Notes under the pieces: generated by a model | Seen by the model: the letters and a program-made list of their open reading frames with translations, nothing else | What the model was told of the DNA's origin: nothing | Database searches by the model: none | Origin: an uncultured bacterium | GTDB taxonomy: Bacteria; Bacillota_I; Bacilli_A; RFN20; CAG-826 | Direction of reading: 5' to 3' | Assembly: GCA_949297305.1 (NCBI GenBank) | Contig: CASFSG010000019.1 | Coordinates: 133 to 64,132, forward strand | Length of the DNA stretch: 64,000 bases | Shown here: positions 11,050-20,715 of the stretch, in pieces | Position numbering within the stretch: the first letter of the stretch is position 1 | How the letters are laid out: every line of letters starts with the position of its first letter | Program-made: the position numbers and the translations under genes

Positions 11050-11697
11050 ATGGCTGAAACAAAGAATATCTCAGTTCCTGTTTACGATTTAAAGGGTGAA
11101 AAAGTTTCGACCGTCTCTCTTTCTAAAGAAGTCTTCGGTGTCGAAGCTAATAAACAAGTAATTCATGACGCTGTTTTAGTTTATCAAGCTAATATGCGTC
11201 AAGACACTGCTAAAACAAAAAAACGTGATGAAGTTAGTGGCGGTGGCAAGAAACCGTGGTCGCAAAAAGGCACCGGCAGAGCACGTGCCGGATCTTCTCG
11301 TTCGCCAATTTGGGTTGGTGGTGGCACCGTTTTTGGCCCAACTGGTGAACAAAATCACACGCTTAAACAAAATCGTAAAGAACATAAATTAGCCCTTAAA
11401 GGCGCTTATAGTGATTTAGTTAAAGAAAAAGGTTTAATTGTCGTTAACGAATGGCAAATTGAAAATGTTAAAACTAAAGAATTTGATAACATTTTGAAAG
11501 CCCTTAAAGTAACAAATAAAACCCTTATTGTTTTAGGCAATAGTGAAGATAATGACAATTTAATTCTTTCTGCGCGCAATATACCTAATGTTATTATTAC
11601 GCGTGCGAATAATGTTTCCGTTTACGATTTGTTATATTTTAACAATCTTCTTGTTTCTAAGAAGACCATTAAAGAAATTGAGGAGGCCTTAAAATAA
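11050..11697 (+). CDS. rplD: 50S ribosomal protein L4
   Basis: GGGKKPWSQKGTGRARAGS.RSPIW.GGG..FGP block. Operon position. Confidence 0.95.
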   Translation: MAETKNISVPVYDLKGEKVSTVSLSKEVFGVEANKQVIHDAVLVYQANMRQDTAKTKKRDEVSGGGKKPWSQKGTGRARAGSSRSPIWVGGGTVFGPTGEQNHTLKQNRKEHKLALKGAYSDLVKEKGLIVVNEWQIENVKTKEFDNILKALKVTNKTLIVLGNSEDNDNLILSARNIPNVIITRANNVSVYDLLYFNNLLVSKKTIKEIEEALK

Positions 11698-12038
11698 TGC
11701 CAAGAACAAAAAAAGTTTCCGAAGCGCCTAAAAATAATCGAAAAGCTTCCATCCATGACTTTGATATTATCGTTAAACCCATCATTACTGAAAAGACTAT
11801 GGATTTAATGCAAAATCAAAACAAAGTCACAGTTAAAGTTAGTAAAAACGCTAATCGTGCTGAAATTAAGCAAGCGTTTGAAAACGTTTTCGGTGTAAAA
11901 GTCGATGATGTTAACATTGTAAACGTCAAGAGCAAGCGTACCAGCCGCGGTGGCCGTTATCAAGGTCATATTGCTGGATTTAAGAAAGCGATCGTGCAAC
12001 TTAAAGAAGGAGAAGCGCTCGATCTATTTAAAGAATAA
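11697..12038 (+). CDS. rplW: 50S ribosomal protein L23 (with ~17-aa basic N-terminal extension)
   Basis: DIIVKPIITEKTM...VTVKV...ANRAEIKQAFE..FGVKV core. TAATG overlap with rplD. Confidence 0.93.
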   Translation: MPRTKKVSEAPKNNRKASIHDFDIIVKPIITEKTMDLMQNQNKVTVKVSKNANRAEIKQAFENVFGVKVDDVNIVNVKSKRTSRGGRYQGHIAGFKKAIVQLKEGEALDLFKE

Positions 12039-12062
12039 TTTAGTTAATTATAGGAGGTAAAT

Positions 12063-12896
12063 ATGTCAATAAGAACATACCGTCCAACGTCCCCTTCACG
12101 TCGCAATATGACGAACTTGACGTTTGACGAAATTACAAAAAGCACTCCTGAAAAACGTCTAACGACGAAACTAAGTAAAACTGGTGGCCGCAACAACCAA
12201 GGCGTCATTACCACTCGTCATATTGGTGGCGGTCATAAACGCAGATATCGCCTAGTTGATTTCAGGAGAAATAAGGATAATATTCCCGCTAAAGTTCAAG
12301 CGATTGAATATGATCCAAACCGTAACGCTAATATCGTTTTGTTAGCTTATGTCGATGGCGAAAAGCGTTACATTATCGCTCCAAAAGGCTTAAAGGTCGG
12401 CGATAAAGTTATCAGTGGTGAAAATGTTGATATTCAAATTGGTAATTGCTTACCACTTAAGAATATTCCTGAAGGTAGCCTCGTGCATAATGTCGAACTC
12501 CGCCCTGGTTATGGTGGACAAATGTGCCGAGCTGCCGGTACTAGCGCTCAAGTCTTAGGTAAAGAAGGTAAATATGTCATCCTTCGACTCGCAAGTGGTG
12601 AAGTTCGCAAAGTATTAGAAACTTGCCGGGCAACAATTGGTGAAGTTGGCAATGAAGATTACAACTTAATCAATCGTGGTAAGGCCGGTAAGACCCGTTG
12701 GTTAGGTGAACGTCCTACTGTCCGCGGTTCGGTCATGAATCCTAACGATCACCCTCATGGTGGTGGTGAAGGTAAATCGCCTGTTGGTCGCGACGCGCCA
12801 CGTACTCCTTGGGGTAAACGTGCTCTAGGCGTCAAGACGCGCAAAACTAAGAAAGCTAGTACGAAATTAATCGTACGTCGCCGCAACGGCAAATAA
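12063..12896 (+). CDS. rplB: 50S ribosomal protein L2
   Basis: GGGHKR.YR..DF, EYDPNR.A and [12 protein letters not shown] blocks. Confidence 0.97.
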   Translation: MSIRTYRPTSPSRRNMTNLTFDEITKSTPEKRLTTKLSKTGGRNNQGVITTRHIGGGHKRRYRLVDFRRNKDNIPAKVQAIEYDPNRNANIVLLAYVDGEKRYIIAPKGLKVGDKVISGENVDIQIGNCLPLKNIPEGSLVHNVELRPGYGGQMCRAAGTSAQVLGKEGKYVILRLASGEVRKVLETCRATIGEVGNEDYNLINRGKAGKTRWLGERPTVRGSVMNPNDHPHGGGEGKSPVGRDAPRTPWGKRALGVKTRKTKKASTKLIVRRRNGK

Positions 12897-12914
12897 AGAA
12901 AGGAGAAGTTAAAT

Positions 12915-13211
12915 ATGGCACGTAGTCTTAAAAAAGGCCCATTCTGTGACGAATACTTACTTAAAAAAGTAGACGCCCTCAATAAAGCCAATAAAAAAGA
13001 AGTTATTAAAACTTGGTCACGTCGTTCAACTATCTTCCCTTCCTTTATTGAACATACGTTCGCCGTCTATAACGGTAGGGAACACATTACGGTCTTCGTG
13101 ACTGAAGATATGGTTGGTCATAAATTAGGGGAATTTGCACCAACTAGAACTTATAAAGGACACACTGGTCACACGGCGGAAGATAAAGCTGCTGCTGCCC
13201 AAAGAAAGTAG
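12915..13211 (+). CDS. rpsS: 30S ribosomal protein S19
   Basis: [10 protein letters not shown]...TWSRRSTI.P...GHTFAVYNG...[12 protein letters not shown]. Confidence 0.97.
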   Translation: MARSLKKGPFCDEYLLKKVDALNKANKKEVIKTWSRRSTIFPSFIEHTFAVYNGREHITVFVTEDMVGHKLGEFAPTRTYKGHTGHTAEDKAAAAQRK

Positions 13212-13222
13212 AGGTATCTTAA

Positions 13223-13681
13223 ATGGCTAGAACTAAAAAAGAAGTTGTTGAAGAAGTTGCAACCAAAGAAGAACCTAAAAAATCTAAAAGAGCTAAAAAG
13301 AGTGAACCAGCTCCTGAAGTCAAACCAACACGCGAAAGTGCGATGGCGACCGCTTATGATCTTCGCGTTACTCCCCGCAAAGCCCGCCTCGTCATTGATT
13401 TAGTTCGTGGTAAGGGCGTCAATGAAGCCCTCGGCATTCTAGCGAATGTTAATAAAGCGGCTTCGCCACTTGTTGCAAAAGTTATTAAAAGCGCTGCAAG
13501 TAATGCCATTAATAACTTCGGCATGAAGGAAGAAGAATTATATGTCGCTACCATTTATGCTAATGATGGTGTTCGCATGAAAAGATATTTACCGCGAGCA
13601 AAAGGTCGTGCCTCTGGTTTAGTTAAAAGAACTTGCCATGTTACGGTTATCGTTAAAACTCGGGTAGGAGGATTAAATTAA
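13223..13681 (+). CDS. rplV: 50S ribosomal protein L22 (with ~40-aa K/E-rich N-terminal extension)
   Basis: Core starts around ATAYDLRVTPRKARLVIDLVRGK. GAGG RBS 7 nt before ATG 13223. The internal ATG at 13343 lacks a good RBS and would leave a 131-nt gap in a tight operon. Confidence 0.9.
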   Translation: MARTKKEVVEEVATKEEPKKSKRAKKSEPAPEVKPTRESAMATAYDLRVTPRKARLVIDLVRGKGVNEALGILANVNKAASPLVAKVIKSAASNAINNFGMKEEELYVATIYANDGVRMKRYLPRAKGRASGLVKRTCHVTVIVKTRVGGLN

Positions 13682-14355
13682 TGGGTCAAAAAGTTTCTCC
13701 AGTCGGTATGAGAGTCGGCGTGAATCGCAATTGGAATTCCCGCTGGTTCGCTAGTGATAAAGAATATGCCTCGAACCTACTTGAGGATATCGCCATTCGT
13801 GAATATTTAGAAGGCGAATTAAAAGATGCGATGTTGTCGCATATTGATATTGAAAGACGCAAACTTGATCGCGGACAAAATATTGTTATCTCAATCTTTG
13901 TGGCGCGCCCAGGTGTCGTTATTGGTCAAGATGGTGCTAATATCAATCGCATTAAAAAACAAATCGAAAGAAAATTCAAAGGCAATCAAATTCGTCTTGA
14001 TGTCATCGAAGTGAAACAACCTGACTTAGATGCCACTTTAGTCGCTAATAGCATTGCTAAAGAACTTGAAAATCGCGCTTCGTTTAGAACCGTTCAAAAG
14101 AAAGCTATTCAAAGAGTTCGTCGCGCTGGCGCTAAAGGATGCCGCACTCTCGTAAGTGGTCGTCTCGGTGGAGCCGATATTGCTCGTAGTGAAGGTTATA
14201 AAGAAGGTATTATTCCTCTTCATACCATTCGCTCCGATATCGATTATGCTGTTGCTGAAGCGATGACGATTTATGGTAAGCTCGGCGTTAAAGTTTGGAT
14301 TTGCCGCGGCGACTATGCCGATGAAGAAAAAGAAAAAGAAGAAAAGGGGGAATAG
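13681..14355 (+). CDS. rpsC: 30S ribosomal protein S3
   Basis: MGQKVSPVGMRVG..R.W.SRWFA start, KH-domain core. TAATG overlap with rplV. Confidence 0.97.
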   Translation: MGQKVSPVGMRVGVNRNWNSRWFASDKEYASNLLEDIAIREYLEGELKDAMLSHIDIERRKLDRGQNIVISIFVARPGVVIGQDGANINRIKKQIERKFKGNQIRLDVIEVKQPDLDATLVANSIAKELENRASFRTVQKKAIQRVRRAGAKGCRTLVSGRLGGADIARSEGYKEGIIPLHTIRSDIDYAVAEAMTIYGKLGVKVWICRGDYADEEKEKEEKGE

Positions 14356-14358
14356 ATA

Positions 14359-14778
14359 ATGTTACAACCAAAAAGAGTTAAATATCGTCGCCCTCATGGT
14401 GTTAAATACGAAGGCTTATCAAAAGGCGGCAATGAAGTTGCCTTTGGCGAATATGGCTTGAAAGCTGTCGAAGGTAATTGGGTCACTGATCGCCAAATCG
14501 AAGCAGCTCGTATTGTTATTAGCCGCTACACACGTAAGGAAGGGAAAACATATATTCGTATTTTCCCACATATTGCCAAAACGAAGAAACCTGCTGAAGT
14601 TCGTATGGGTAGTGGTAAAGGGAATCCGGAAGGTTGGGTTGCCGTTGTTAAGAAGGGTCGTATTCTCTTCGAAATGGGTGGTGTTAGTGAAGCAACTGCC
14701 CGCGAAGCTCTCGCTTTAGCAGCATATAAATTACCACTCAAATGCAAGGTGGTTAGAAAAGGAGAAAGTAAACAATGA
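14359..14778 (+). CDS. rplP: 50S ribosomal protein L16
   Basis: [12 protein letters not shown]....G...GG..V.FGEYGL and [17 protein letters not shown] blocks. Confidence 0.97.
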   Translation: MLQPKRVKYRRPHGVKYEGLSKGGNEVAFGEYGLKAVEGNWVTDRQIEAARIVISRYTRKEGKTYIRIFPHIAKTKKPAEVRMGSGKGNPEGWVAVVKKGRILFEMGGVSEATAREALALAAYKLPLKCKVVRKGESKQ

Positions 14779-14972
14779 AAATCAAAGATGTTCGTGAACT
14801 TACTAATGAAGAATTAAACGATAAAGTTTACTCTCTCAAAGAAGAATTGTTCAATCTTCGCCGTAAAAAAGCTGTTGGTTCGCTTGAACATGGCGAGGAT
14901 GTGCGTCGCGTTAGAAAAGATATTGCTCGCTGCTACTTAGTGCTTAGAGAACGCGAATTAAATATTAAGTGA
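14775..14972 (+). CDS. rpmC: 50S ribosomal protein L29
   Basis: 65 aa, ELT.EEL..K...LKEELFNLR pattern. Ends in TGA (14970-14972). Confidence 0.93.
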   Translation: MKIKDVRELTNEELNDKVYSLKEELFNLRRKKAVGSLEHGEDVRRVRKDIARCYLVLRERELNIK

Positions 14973-14982
14973 GGAAACTAGT

Positions 14983-15315
14983 ATGGAAAGAAATCGTCGC
15001 ACAACGCTTCATGGTGTCGTTACTAGCGATAAGATGGATAAAACTATCGTCGTTTTAGTCGAAACCCATAAGAAGCATTCTAAGTACGCTAAACGCGTAA
15101 AATATGCCAAAAGTTATTATGCGCATGATGAAGAAAATGTGGCCAAAAAAGGCGATACTGTCACCATCATGCAATGCAGACCTCTCTCGCACACTAAACG
15201 TTTCCGCTTAGTTAGCGTTGATAAGCGAGCAGAAGTGAGCATTAAAGTTGCCGAAGCCGAACTTGCTTTAGAAGAACAAGAAGGCGTCACCTTAGAAAAG
15301 AAGGAGGAAGAATAA
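14983..15315 (+). CDS. rpsQ: 30S ribosomal protein S17 (acidic ~23-aa C-terminal extension)
   Basis: [14 protein letters not shown]....H..Y.K.......Y.AHDE core. The tail ...LEKKEEE also encodes the rplN Shine-Dalgarno. Confidence 0.93.
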   Translation: MERNRRTTLHGVVTSDKMDKTIVVLVETHKKHSKYAKRVKYAKSYYAHDEENVAKKGDTVTIMQCRPLSHTKRFRLVSVDKRAEVSIKVAEAELALEEQEGVTLEKKEEE

Positions 15316-15316
15316 G

Positions 15317-15688
15317 ATGGTTCAAAATGAAACAAATCTTGTTGTCGCTGATAATAGCGGCGCTCGCAAAGTTAGAGTCTTCCGCCAACAAGGTGGTAAT
15401 CGCAAATTTTCTTCAATTGGTGATATCGTCACTTGCGCCGTTAAAGAAGCTATTCCTAATGGCCGCGTCAAAAAAAGTGATATTGTTAAGGGTGTCATCG
15501 TACGCACTAAACATGCCATCAATCGTCCAGATGGTTCAACCATTTGTTTCGACGATAATGCTGTCGTCTTAATCGATAATGATGGCGCTCCAATTGGTAC
15601 ACGTGTCTTTGGACCTGTTGCCAGAGAACTCCGTGATAAGGGCGAAGGATATATGAAAATTATTTCCCTAGCAAATGAAGTTTTATAG
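15317..15688 (+). CDS. rplN: 50S ribosomal protein L14
   Basis: M.Q.ET.L.VADNSGA..V...........IGD...  ...FGPVAREL core. Confidence 0.97.
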   Translation: MVQNETNLVVADNSGARKVRVFRQQGGNRKFSSIGDIVTCAVKEAIPNGRVKKSDIVKGVIVRTKHAINRPDGSTICFDDNAVVLIDNDGAPIGTRVFGPVARELRDKGEGYMKIISLANEVL

Positions 15689-15700
15689 GAGGAATGATCA

Positions 15701-16009
15701 GTGAAAATTCTCAAAGGTGATAAAGTAGTTGTCATTGCTGGTAAGGATAAAGGTAAAGAAGGCCTTGTTCAAGCAGTGTATCCTTCTATAAATAAAGTAG
15801 TTGTCGAAGGTGTTAATGTCCATAAAAGACATAAAAAACCTACACAACAAAATCCAGAAGGTTCGATTATCGATATGTATTGTCCTATCGACGCTTCCAA
15901 TGTGGCCTTAGTTGATCCTAAAACTAAAAAAGCTACCCGCGTAGGCTATCGTATTGAAAAAGATAAAAAGGTTCGCTATGCCAAACGTAGCGGTACCAAA
16001 ATAGACTAA
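15701..16009 (+). CDS. rplX: 50S ribosomal protein L24
   Basis: GTG start 8 nt after [28 protein letters not shown] (KOW motif). Confidence 0.93.
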   Translation: MKILKGDKVVVIAGKDKGKEGLVQAVYPSINKVVVEGVNVHKRHKKPTQQNPEGSIIDMYCPIDASNVALVDPKTKKATRVGYRIEKDKKVRYAKRSGTKID

Positions 16010-16023
16010 AGGAGAATACTGTT

Positions 16024-16755
16024 ATGGCAGAAGAAAAGAAAGTAACCGCTAAAAAGGCGTCGACTACTAAAAAAACTCCAGCTACTAAAAAGACGACTTC
16101 GACAAAGAGCAAAGCCCCAGTTGAAACTAAGACTAATGCTCCAGTTAAAGAAACAAAAGTAGCAAAAGCGGAAAAAGCTCCTAAAGTTAAAAAGGGTAAT
16201 AAAGAACCAAAAGAACATAATCGTTTATTAGACAAATATAATGCGGTTATTAAACAAACATTAATGGATAAATATCATTATTCTTCCATTATGCAATGCC
16301 CACGTTTAGAAAAAATTGTTATTAATGTTGGTGTTGGTGATGCAATTGTCAATCACAAAGCCATTGAAGATGTCGTGGGTGAGATTAGTTTGATTTCTGG
16401 TCAACGCCCAGTTGTCACAAAAGCTAAAAAGAGTGTCGCGACATTTAAACTTCGCGAAGGACAACCGATTGGTGTCAAAGTTACACTTCGCGGCATTAGA
16501 ATGTATGAATTCTTAGATAAATTAGTTTCTATTGCGTTGCCGCGCGTTAGAGACTTCCGCGGCGTTTCCCGCAATGCTTTTGATGGCCATGGTAATTATA
16601 CACTCGGCATTAAAGAACAATTGATTTTCCCGGAAATCGACTACGATAAGGTCAATAAATTCCGTGGTATGGATATCGTCATCGTGACGACAGCAAAAAG
16701 TGATGATGAGGCATTCTCTCTCTTAGAGGGCTTAGGCATGCCTTTCCATCGTTAG
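16024..16755 (+). CDS. rplE: 50S ribosomal protein L5 with ~64-aa K/T/A/P-rich N-terminal extension
   Basis: Canonical L5 begins at [19 protein letters not shown]...VINVGVGDA. There is no in-frame ATG near that point. AAGGAG RBS lies before ATG 16024, and the extension fills the whole rplX-rplE interval. Confidence 0.9.
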   Translation: MAEEKKVTAKKASTTKKTPATKKTTSTKSKAPVETKTNAPVKETKVAKAEKAPKVKKGNKEPKEHNRLLDKYNAVIKQTLMDKYHYSSIMQCPRLEKIVINVGVGDAIVNHKAIEDVVGEISLISGQRPVVTKAKKSVATFKLREGQPIGVKVTLRGIRMYEFLDKLVSIALPRVRDFRGVSRNAFDGHGNYTLGIKEQLIFPEIDYDKVNKFRGMDIVIVTTAKSDDEAFSLLEGLGMPFHR

Positions 16756-16767
16756 GAGGTACTTTTT

Positions 16768-16953
16768 ATGGCAAAAATGAGTCAAAAAGTCCGAGCAGCG
16801 AGACCTCAAAAATTTAAAGTGAGAGAATATACACGTTGCCAAAGATGCGGTCGTCCGCATTCGGTCTATAGTAAATTTAAATTATGCCGCATTTGTTTGC
16901 GAGAACTCGCCTATAAGGGTGAAATCCCTGGCTTAAAGAAATCGTCTTGGTAA
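16768..16953 (+). CDS. rpsN: 30S ribosomal protein S14 type Z (zinc-binding, 61 aa)
   Basis: CQRCGRP....[10 protein letters not shown] (CxxC...CxxC) and ending KKSSW. Confidence 0.95.
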   Translation: MAKMSQKVRAARPQKFKVREYTRCQRCGRPHSVYSKFKLCRICLRELAYKGEIPGLKKSSW

Positions 16954-16961
16954 GGAGGTAA

Positions 16962-17357
16962 ATGCAAATGACAGATCCAATTGCCGATATGCTCACACGT
17001 ATTCGTAACGCTAATCAACTTCGCTACGCATCTGTTAAGATGCCTTCTAGCAAGATGAAAGTCGAAATTGCGAAAATTATGCTTGATGAAGGATTTATCT
17101 CCGACTATAAAGTCGAAGGTAATGTCAAAAAAGAATTAACTTTATCTTTAAAATATGGCCCAAGTGGTGAACGGGTAATTTCTGGTTTAAAGAAAATTTC
17201 TAAACCTGGTTTACGCGTCAATGTTCCACATGATAAGTTACCACGCGTCTTGAAGGGCCTAGGTATTGCTATTATTTCTACTAGTAAAGGAGTTGTCAGC
17301 GATAAAGTCGCTCGCACCTTAGGTGTTGGTGGCGAAGTTATTGCTTACATTTGGTAA
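16962..17357 (+). CDS. rpsH: 30S ribosomal protein S8
   Basis: [15 protein letters not shown] start. ATG 16968 has better spacing from GGAGG than ATG 16962, so either start is possible. Confidence 0.95.
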   Translation: MQMTDPIADMLTRIRNANQLRYASVKMPSSKMKVEIAKIMLDEGFISDYKVEGNVKKELTLSLKYGPSGERVISGLKKISKPGLRVNVPHDKLPRVLKGLGIAIISTSKGVVSDKVARTLGVGGEVIAYIW

Positions 17358-17362
17358 GAATT

Positions 17363-17902
17363 ATGTCACGTATTGGTTTAAAGCAAATTGTTTTACCAGA
17401 AAATGTCACCGTGACAGTTGATGGTAATATCGCCCATGTTAAAGGCCCTCGTGGCGAAGATAAAGTTATGATTCCTCATTTAATTCATGTTAATGTCGAG
17501 GATGGTCACGTTCATTGTTCGCGTGATAATGATGAAAAAAGAACAAAACAGCTCCATGGAACAACTAGAGCAAATTTAAATAATGCTGTGATTGGTGTTA
17601 CCCATGGATATAAAAAAGAATTAACCCTTGTTGGTATTGGTTATCGTGCGCAATTACGCGGCAAAGACCTCGTGCTTTTTGTCGGTTATTCTCACGAAAT
17701 TGTTATTAAACCGCTTGAAGGTGTTACTATTACTTGCCCAAGCGCAACTGAAATTGTCGTCGAAGGTAATGATAAACAAGCCGTTGGTCAAGTGGCTGCG
17801 GAAATTCATAGAACGCGTGAACCTGAACCTTATAATGGAAAAGGTGTTCTCTATAAAGGTGAACATATTATCCGTAAAGAAGGCAAGCGCGCTGGTAAAT
17901 AA
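17363..17902 (+). CDS. rplF: 50S ribosomal protein L6
   Basis: MSRIGLKQIVLPENV.V......V.VKGP.G start. Start set at ATG 17363, after the rpsH stop, rather than ORF-track 17351. Confidence 0.95.
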   Translation: MSRIGLKQIVLPENVTVTVDGNIAHVKGPRGEDKVMIPHLIHVNVEDGHVHCSRDNDEKRTKQLHGTTRANLNNAVIGVTHGYKKELTLVGIGYRAQLRGKDLVLFVGYSHEIVIKPLEGVTITCPSATEIVVEGNDKQAVGQVAAEIHRTREPEPYNGKGVLYKGEHIIRKEGKRAGK

Positions 17903-17915
17903 AGGAGCTAGGTAA

Positions 17916-18272
17916 ATGATTAAAAAAGAATCTAAAAATGCAGTTCGTCTACGTAAACATGCTCGGGTAAGAGAAAAAATCTTTGGTACCGCTTCTTTAC
18001 CTCGCGTTAGCGTCTTCCGTTCTAATAAACATATTGAATGCCAAGCTATCGATGATGTTAATGGCGTCACTTTAGCCCATTCTAGTTCCGTTATGCTTCA
18101 TTTAGAAAATGGCTCTAATCAAGAAGCTGCTAAAAAAGTTGGTGAAGATTTAGCCGCTAAACTTAAAGCTCTTAAAATTGAAGCTATCGTTTTTGATCGC
18201 GGTGGTTATCTCTATCATGGCCGCATTAAAGCTTTAGCGGACGCAATGCGCGAAAAAGGTGTTAAGTTTTAA
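17916..18272 (+). CDS. rplR: 50S ribosomal protein L18
   Basis: R.RKH.R.R.K..GT...[13 protein letters not shown] and FDRGGY.YHGR.KALAD.ARE.G..F. Confidence 0.95.
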   Translation: MIKKESKNAVRLRKHARVREKIFGTASLPRVSVFRSNKHIECQAIDDVNGVTLAHSSSVMLHLENGSNQEAAKKVGEDLAAKLKALKIEAIVFDRGGYLYHGRIKALADAMREKGVKF

Positions 18273-18283
18273 GGAGAAAAATT

Positions 18284-18880
18284 ATGGCAAACGAAAATGA
18301 AAAAGTTGTAAAGACTGAAGAAGTTAAAAAAGAAGAAAATTCTTCTCCTAAAGGCGAAAGAGTTCGTCGTCCTCATAAAGATGGCGATAACAAACCTCGC
18401 CGTCGTAATCGCCCAGTCGAAGTAAAAGAATACGAAGAAACAGTCGTTAAAATTAATCGTATTTCAAAGACTGTCCAAGGCGGCCGCCGTATGAAATTCT
18501 CCGCCTTAGTTGTTATTGGAAATCGTAAAGGTAAATATGGTTATGCCCATTGTAAAGCTAGCGAAGTCCCTGACGCCATTAAGAAAGCTTTAGAAAAAGC
18601 TAAAAAACACACCTTCACCTTGCCTATTGTTAAAGGTGATACGATTCCTCATGAAGTCGAAGGTAAATTTGGGGCAACTAAAGTGTTCCTTAAACCAGCC
18701 AAAGAAGGTACGGGGATTATTGCTGGTGGTCCGGTGCGCGCTATGTTAGAATTAGCAGGTATCCGTAACGTTGTTAGTAAAGTCTACGGTTCGCGTTCAG
18801 CGGTCAATGTCGTTAAGGCGACACAAAATGGTTTAAAGAATTTAAAATCTTTTACGAAGGTTACTTCACTTCGTAAATAA
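18284..18880 (+). CDS. rpsE: 30S ribosomal protein S5 (with ~38-aa charged N-terminal extension)
   Basis: Core [29 protein letters not shown]...GKA.EVP.AI.KA. The extension is rich in E/K/R/P. Confidence 0.93.
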   Translation: MANENEKVVKTEEVKKEENSSPKGERVRRPHKDGDNKPRRRNRPVEVKEYEETVVKINRISKTVQGGRRMKFSALVVIGNRKGKYGYAHCKASEVPDAIKKALEKAKKHTFTLPIVKGDTIPHEVEGKFGATKVFLKPAKEGTGIIAGGPVRAMLELAGIRNVVSKVYGSRSAVNVVKATQNGLKNLKSFTKVTSLRK

Positions 18881-18897
18881 TTAGGGAGGTTAAAATA

Positions 18898-19338
18898 ATG
18901 GAATTACATGAACTTTCCTTTGCTAAAGGTGCCAAAAGAGCTTCTAAGCGCGTCGGTCGTGGTTTAGGTAGTGGCTTAGGCAAAAATGGCGGCTCTGGTA
19001 ATAAGGGTCAATCATCGCGTAGTGGCGGTGGTACTCGCCCTGGTTTTGAAGGTGGTCAAAACCCAATTTACCGTCGTCTTCCAAAATTTGGTTTTACCAA
19101 TCACAATCATAAAGTCTATGCGATTGTCAATATTTCCTCTTTGAATAAATTTGAAGACGGTACACTTGTCAATAGCGCTTTACTTATCGATAGTGGTCTC
19201 ATTAAAAAAGAATGCGATGGCGTAAAAATTCTTGGCAATGGTACATTAGAAAAGAAACTTACTGTCGTTGCTAATAAATTTTCGAAGTCCGCGGAAAACG
19301 CGATTAAAAATGCAGGTGGAACTATCGAGGTAATTTAA
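18898..19338 (+). CDS. rplO: 50S ribosomal protein L15
   Basis: L..L....GA.....RVGRG.GSG.GK..G.G.KGQ..RSG G-rich N-terminus. It follows rpsE after only 17 nt, so there is no rpmD. Confidence 0.95.
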   Translation: MELHELSFAKGAKRASKRVGRGLGSGLGKNGGSGNKGQSSRSGGGTRPGFEGGQNPIYRRLPKFGFTNHNHKVYAIVNISSLNKFEDGTLVNSALLIDSGLIKKECDGVKILGNGTLEKKLTVVANKFSKSAENAIKNAGGTIEVI

Positions 19339-19340
19339 TC

Positions 19341-20708
19341 ATGAAGAAGATTATTGCGGTTTTTAAGAATAAGGAAATTGTCGGTCGTATCTTCTTTACG
19401 ATAATGATGCTCTTAATTTTAAGAATTGGGGCAGCAATTACCGTTCCTGGTGTTTCAACTAGCAGCGAACTTAGCGATGCTCTCAATGGAGCTTCTGCCG
19501 TTGCTTTGATGGATTTACTCGGTGGTGGTGCGATTAGCAATTTCTCGATCTTCGCTTTAGGCGTTTCGCCTTATATTACTTCGCAAATCATTATTCAATT
19601 ATTATCAAAAGATGTTCTTCCCGCTTTAACTGAATTAACGCGTCAAGGACAATATGGCCGTAAGAAAATTGAAATGGCGACTCGTTATTTAACTTTATTA
19701 CTTGGCGCAGTTCAAGCTTATGGCATCATTATGACGATGGAAAATAGTGAGTACATCACTATTAATTTAGAAACTAATTTCTGGACTTATGCTTATTTAG
19801 TTACCATTCTTTTAGGTGGCGCGATGCTCACGATGTGGATTGGTGACCAAATTACTGTCAAAGGTTTAGGCAATGGTATTTCGGTCGTTATTTTTGCTGG
19901 TATTGTTCGTTCTTTACCAGTGCAAATTTCCTCCGCTTTCCAAACTTGGATCAGCAATTCTGAAGGACATGGCGCAAACGAATTAATTAAGGGTTCACTC
20001 CAATTTGCCGTTTATGTCTTAGCGCTTATCCTCATCATTGCTTTCGTCGTCTTTATTGAATTAAGCAAGAGAAAAATACCTGTGCAACACTCTGGTAAAA
20101 GTGGTGGTCAAACAGCCTCAATGTCGCGCGCTTCCTTCTTACCAATTAAACTAAATAGTGCAGGTGTTATTCCGGTCATCTTCGCCTCATCAATTATGAT
20201 GGCGCCTTCGGTTATCGCTTCTTTCTTCACCGATGATTTATCCTCTAATTGGTTAAATATCTTCAATTATAGCGCTTTAACTGAAATGCCTGGTGCTGAT
20301 GGCTCCTCTTGGGGAATGCCTTGGGGATTGTTAATTTATATTACCTTAATTATTCTCTTTACATTCTTCTATTCATCAATTCAAATTTCTCCTGAAACAC
20401 TCGCTGAGAATTTCCGTAAAAATGGTTCCTATATTCCTGGTATTCGCCCAGGCAATGAAACAGAAAGATATGTTCGCAAAGTAACTAACCGCGTTACTTG
20501 CATCGGTGCTTTAGCCTTGACATTTATTGCCGCTTTGCCTGTTATATTGACATTATCTGGAGTTTTTGGAAATAATTCATCCTTAGCTATCGGTGGGACT
20601 GGTTTAATTATCGCTGTTGGTGTTTCAATTGAAATTATGAATCAAATTAATGGTTTGCTTGCTGGTAAAACTTTCGATGAAGTACAAGCAACCGCTGGAA
20701 GGGGTTAA
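19341..20708 (+). CDS. secY: preprotein translocase subunit SecY
   Basis: 10-TM protein with GVSPYITSQIIIQLL, LGNGISVVIFAGI and PGIRPG motifs. spc-operon position. Confidence 0.97.
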   Translation: MKKIIAVFKNKEIVGRIFFTIMMLLILRIGAAITVPGVSTSSELSDALNGASAVALMDLLGGGAISNFSIFALGVSPYITSQIIIQLLSKDVLPALTELTRQGQYGRKKIEMATRYLTLLLGAVQAYGIIMTMENSEYITINLETNFWTYAYLVTILLGGAMLTMWIGDQITVKGLGNGISVVIFAGIVRSLPVQISSAFQTWISNSEGHGANELIKGSLQFAVYVLALILIIAFVVFIELSKRKIPVQHSGKSGGQTASMSRASFLPIKLNSAGVIPVIFASSIMMAPSVIASFFTDDLSSNWLNIFNYSALTEMPGADGSSWGMPWGLLIYITLIILFTFFYSSIQISPETLAENFRKNGSYIPGIRPGNETERYVRKVTNRVTCIGALALTFIAALPVILTLSGVFGNNSSLAIGGTGLIIAVGVSIEIMNQINGLLAGKTFDEVQATAGRG

Positions 20709-20715
20709 ATAGTTT

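Noticed and set aside
15322-15735. 137-aa minus-strand ORF covering all of rplN, and the 81-aa +2 ORF at 15327-15572
   Set aside because: It is entirely antisense or out of frame to an unambiguous L14 gene. Its composition is S/T/L/R/P-rich nonsense with no RBS. This is typical of stop-poor alternative frames in highly biased ribosomal genes.
16006-16235. Two minus-strand ORFs (70 and 100 aa) and apparent DNA-level repetitiveness in 16030-16215
   Set aside because: The region encodes the K/T/A-rich L5 extension on the + strand. The minus-strand frames are low-complexity mirror images (F/L/S-rich). The repetitiveness is codon-level (AAA/ACT/GCT), not a tandem repeat or CRISPR-like array.
17654-18070. 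138-aa minus-strand ORF spanning the rplF/rplR junction, and the 95-aa +ORF at 17628-17915
   Set aside because: They overlap two certain ribosomal protein genes and have no independent signals. They are frame artefacts.
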